DNA of 63,971 nucleotides, counting the filler, from Vicugna vicugna (lineage: Eukaryota), in assembly GCA_013265495.1 (NCBI GenBank). It is 74 parts of 73 records of this genome, joined end to end, with 100 filler letters (N's around TTAATTAATTAA, not from the genome) between each part and the next. Parts side by side here need not be neighbours in the genome. Positions count along the whole stretch, not along the records: positions 61,680 to 63,136 come from MU061261.1; positions 63,237 to 63,657 come from PNXW01018246.1; positions 63,758 to 63,971 come from PNXW01018453.1; 71 more parts are not named here. The stretch is one strand, 5' to 3'. Each line of letters starts with the position of its first letter. The first letter of the stretch is position 1. The notes under the pieces were generated by a model that saw only the letters and a program-made list of their open reading frames with translations, searched no databases and was not told the origin of the DNA. This document shows positions 61,680-63,971 of the stretch, in pieces. A program made the translations under genes and the position numbers.

Positions 61680-63136
61680 ATGGGGAGGTTCCACCAACGG
61701 TCGGCAGCGCGTGGATTCCAACGGTCTGCCTGAGCTGGTCACCCCGAGGGTTTTGCTAATGTCTCTGTGCCAGGGAATTCTACAGGGATTTGCAGGAAAT
61801 CCCACTGACAGGGGCTATCTCCCCTAGGTCTGGGAAGGTATTTCTCGGACTTCCCCAGACAGCGAACACCTGTGACTGAAGAGAGCTGCGTGGAGTTGTC
61901 TCTTGAGCTCGCCCACGCACTGACACTGGTTCCGGAACCCTGAGCGTGGGGAGGTTCCACCAACGGTCGGTAGCGCGTGGGTTCCAACGGAATGCCTGAG
62001 CTGGTCTCCCCTGAGGGTTTTCCTAATGTCTCTGAGCCAGGGAATGCTAGGGGTGTTTGCAGGAAACCCCAGTGACAGAGGCTGCCTCAACATGGTCAGG
62101 GAAGGCATTTCTCGGACTTCCCCGGACAGGGAACACCTGTGACTGAAGAGAGCTGCGTGGAGCTGTCTCTCGAGCTCCCCCACGCACTGACAATGGTTCC
62201 GGAACCCTGAGCGTGGGGAGGTTCCACCAACGGTCGGCAGCGCGTGGGTTCCAACGGAATGCCNNNNNNNNNNNNNNNNNNNNNNNNNNNNNNNNNNNNN
62301 NNNNNNNNNNNNNNNNNNNNNNNNNNNNNNNNNNNNNNNNNNNNNNNNNNNNNNNNNNNNNNNNNNNNNNNNNNNNNNNNNNNNNNNNNNNNNNNNNNNN
62401 NNNNNNNNNNNNNNNNNNNNNNNNNNNNNNNNNNNNNNNNNNNNNNNNNNNNNNNNNNNNNNNNNNNNNNNNNNNNNNNNNNNNNNNNNNNNNNNNNNNN
62501 NNNNNNNNNNNNNNNNNNNNNNNNNNNNNNNNNNNNNNNNNNNNNNNNNNNNNNNNNNNNNNNNNNNNNNNNNNNNNNNNNNNNNNNNNNNNNNNNNNNN
62601 NNNNNNNNNNNNNNNNNNNNNNNNNNNNNNNNNNNNNNNNNNNNNNNNNNNNNNNNNNNNNNNNNNNNNNNNNNNNNNNNNNNNNNNNNNNNNNNNNNNN
62701 NNNNNNNNNNNNNNNNNNNNNNNNNNNNNNNNNNNNNNNNNNNNNNNNNNNNNNNNNNNNNNNNNNNNNNNNNNNNNNNNNNNNNNNNNNNNNNNNNNNN
62801 NNNNNNNNNNNNNNNNNNNNNNNNNNNNNNNNNNNNNNNNNNNNNNNNNNNNNNNNNNNNNNNNNNNNNNNNNNNNNNNNNNNNNNNNNNNNNNNNNNNN
62901 NNNCTTCCCCGTTCAGGGAACTCCTGTGACTGAAGAGAGCTGCGTAGAGTTGTCTCTCGAGCTCCCCACGCACTGACAATGGTTCCGGAATCCTGAGCGT
63001 GTGGATGTTCCACCAACGGTCGGCAGCGCGTGGGTTCTAACGGAATGCCTAAGCTCGTCTCCCCTGGGTTTTTTCCTAATGTCTCGTTGCAAGGGAATTC
63101 TAGGGGGGTTTGAAGGCAATCCCAGTGACAGAGGCT
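61680..63136 (-). repeat. Satellite A
   Basis: Reverse complement of A. Confidence 0.95.
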
Positions 63137-63236
63137 NNNNNNNNNNNNNNNNNNNNNNNNNNNNNNNNNNNNNNNNNNNNTTAATTAATTAANNNNNNNN
63201 NNNNNNNNNNNNNNNNNNNNNNNNNNNNNNNNNNNN

Positions 63237-63657
63237 CTCAAAAATTATTTTTCAGGGAGAAATGTATGATTTTTGAATCTGCTGCTGGGAAAAACCTATG
63301 AAGTCAGTGCAAATATTTCTTAGTGTAAATATGCCTTATTTGGTGGAAGAAAGAACATTAATCCACATGCCCACAATTCAGAAATGCGTGTTTGTCGGAT
63401 CCATCATGCATGTAGCATGTTCTGACCACGGAATTTCATGTTGAATGAATCTATGTAAGTTACATATCCATTGGTTAAATATCGCTCCAAGAGTATTTTT
63501 CTAGTGAGAAATTTCTGCTTTTTGATTCTGATGATAGGAAAAATCTACGAAGTCAGAGTGAATATTATTTAGTGTAATTATGCCTTGTTTGGTGGATGAA
63601 AGATCTGTAATTGACATGATCATAACTCAGAAATGCATCTTTGTGTCATCCGTCATG
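63237..63657 (-). repeat. Diverged satellite D subfamily
   Basis: GAAGTCAG at ~63300 and ~63549; ATCCACATGC and TCAGAAATGC motifs of D. Confidence 0.85.
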
Positions 63658-63757
63658 NNNNNNNNNNNNNNNNNNNNNNNNNNNNNNNNNNNNNNNNNNN
63701 NTTAATTAATTAANNNNNNNNNNNNNNNNNNNNNNNNNNNNNNNNNNNNNNNNNNNN

Positions 63758-63971
63758 GTTTTCTATATTCTAAATTCTGTGTTCTACATTGTATATTCTG
63801 TACACAATATTCTGCATTCCGTATTCAACATTCCATATTCTGTGTTCTTCATTCTATATTCTAAATTTTATATTCAATATTCTGTATTATATACTCTAAA
63901 TTCTGTGTTCTGCATTCCATGTTCTAAATTTTGGGTTCTGTATTCTGTTTTCCATATTCTATATTATGTGT
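63758..63971 (+). repeat. Satellite E
   Basis: (ATTCTAT)n degenerate. Confidence 0.93.

Noticed and set aside
61970..61997. CENP-B-box-like CATTCCGTT(A/G)GAACCCACG in satellite A
   Set aside because: It resembles the left half only and lacks the TTCG....A..CGGG core positions on either strand.
1686..63016. Long ORFs in the track (300-390 aa)
   Set aside because: They consist mostly of X from N gaps, or are translations of satellite monomers.
911..63713. Regularly recurring TTAATTAATTAA as a CRISPR-like or biological repeat
   Set aside because: Always embedded in exactly 44+44 N. It is a synthetic six-frame-stop linker, with no cas genes and mammalian content throughout.

Overview
This is not a contiguous locus. 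It is a concatenation of about 74 short (roughly 0.1-1.8 kb), gap-containing unplaced scaffolds from a mammalian short-read assembly. They are joined by an artificial 100-bp linker (N44-TTAATTAATTAA-N44, with stops in all six frames). A tRNA-derived SINE of the Vic-1 type and artiodactyl-style L1 ends point to a camelid, which is an inference. About 42 scaffolds are satellite DNA in five families, which I label A to E. A is a homogeneous, CpG-rich 267-bp monomer. B has diverged ~267-bp monomers homologous to A that recur in an ordered, higher-order pattern. C is a homogeneous ~248-bp monomer. D is a ~730-745-bp trimer of ~248-bp monomers, colinear with C on the opposite strand. E is a 7-bp-based (ATTCTAT)n satellite. 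The rest comprises L1, L2, MIR, MER33 and SINE fragments, one mucin-type PTS coding fragment, a CpG-island fragment, and an unidentified high-complexity multicopy sequence (F) seen in six scaffolds. Nearly all long ORFs in the track are N-gap or satellite artefacts. I found no bacterial-type system (CRISPR, operon). The main points of interest are the paired monomer/higher-order satellite superfamilies and the unidentified family F. Satellite strand is given relative to my own consensus orientation.
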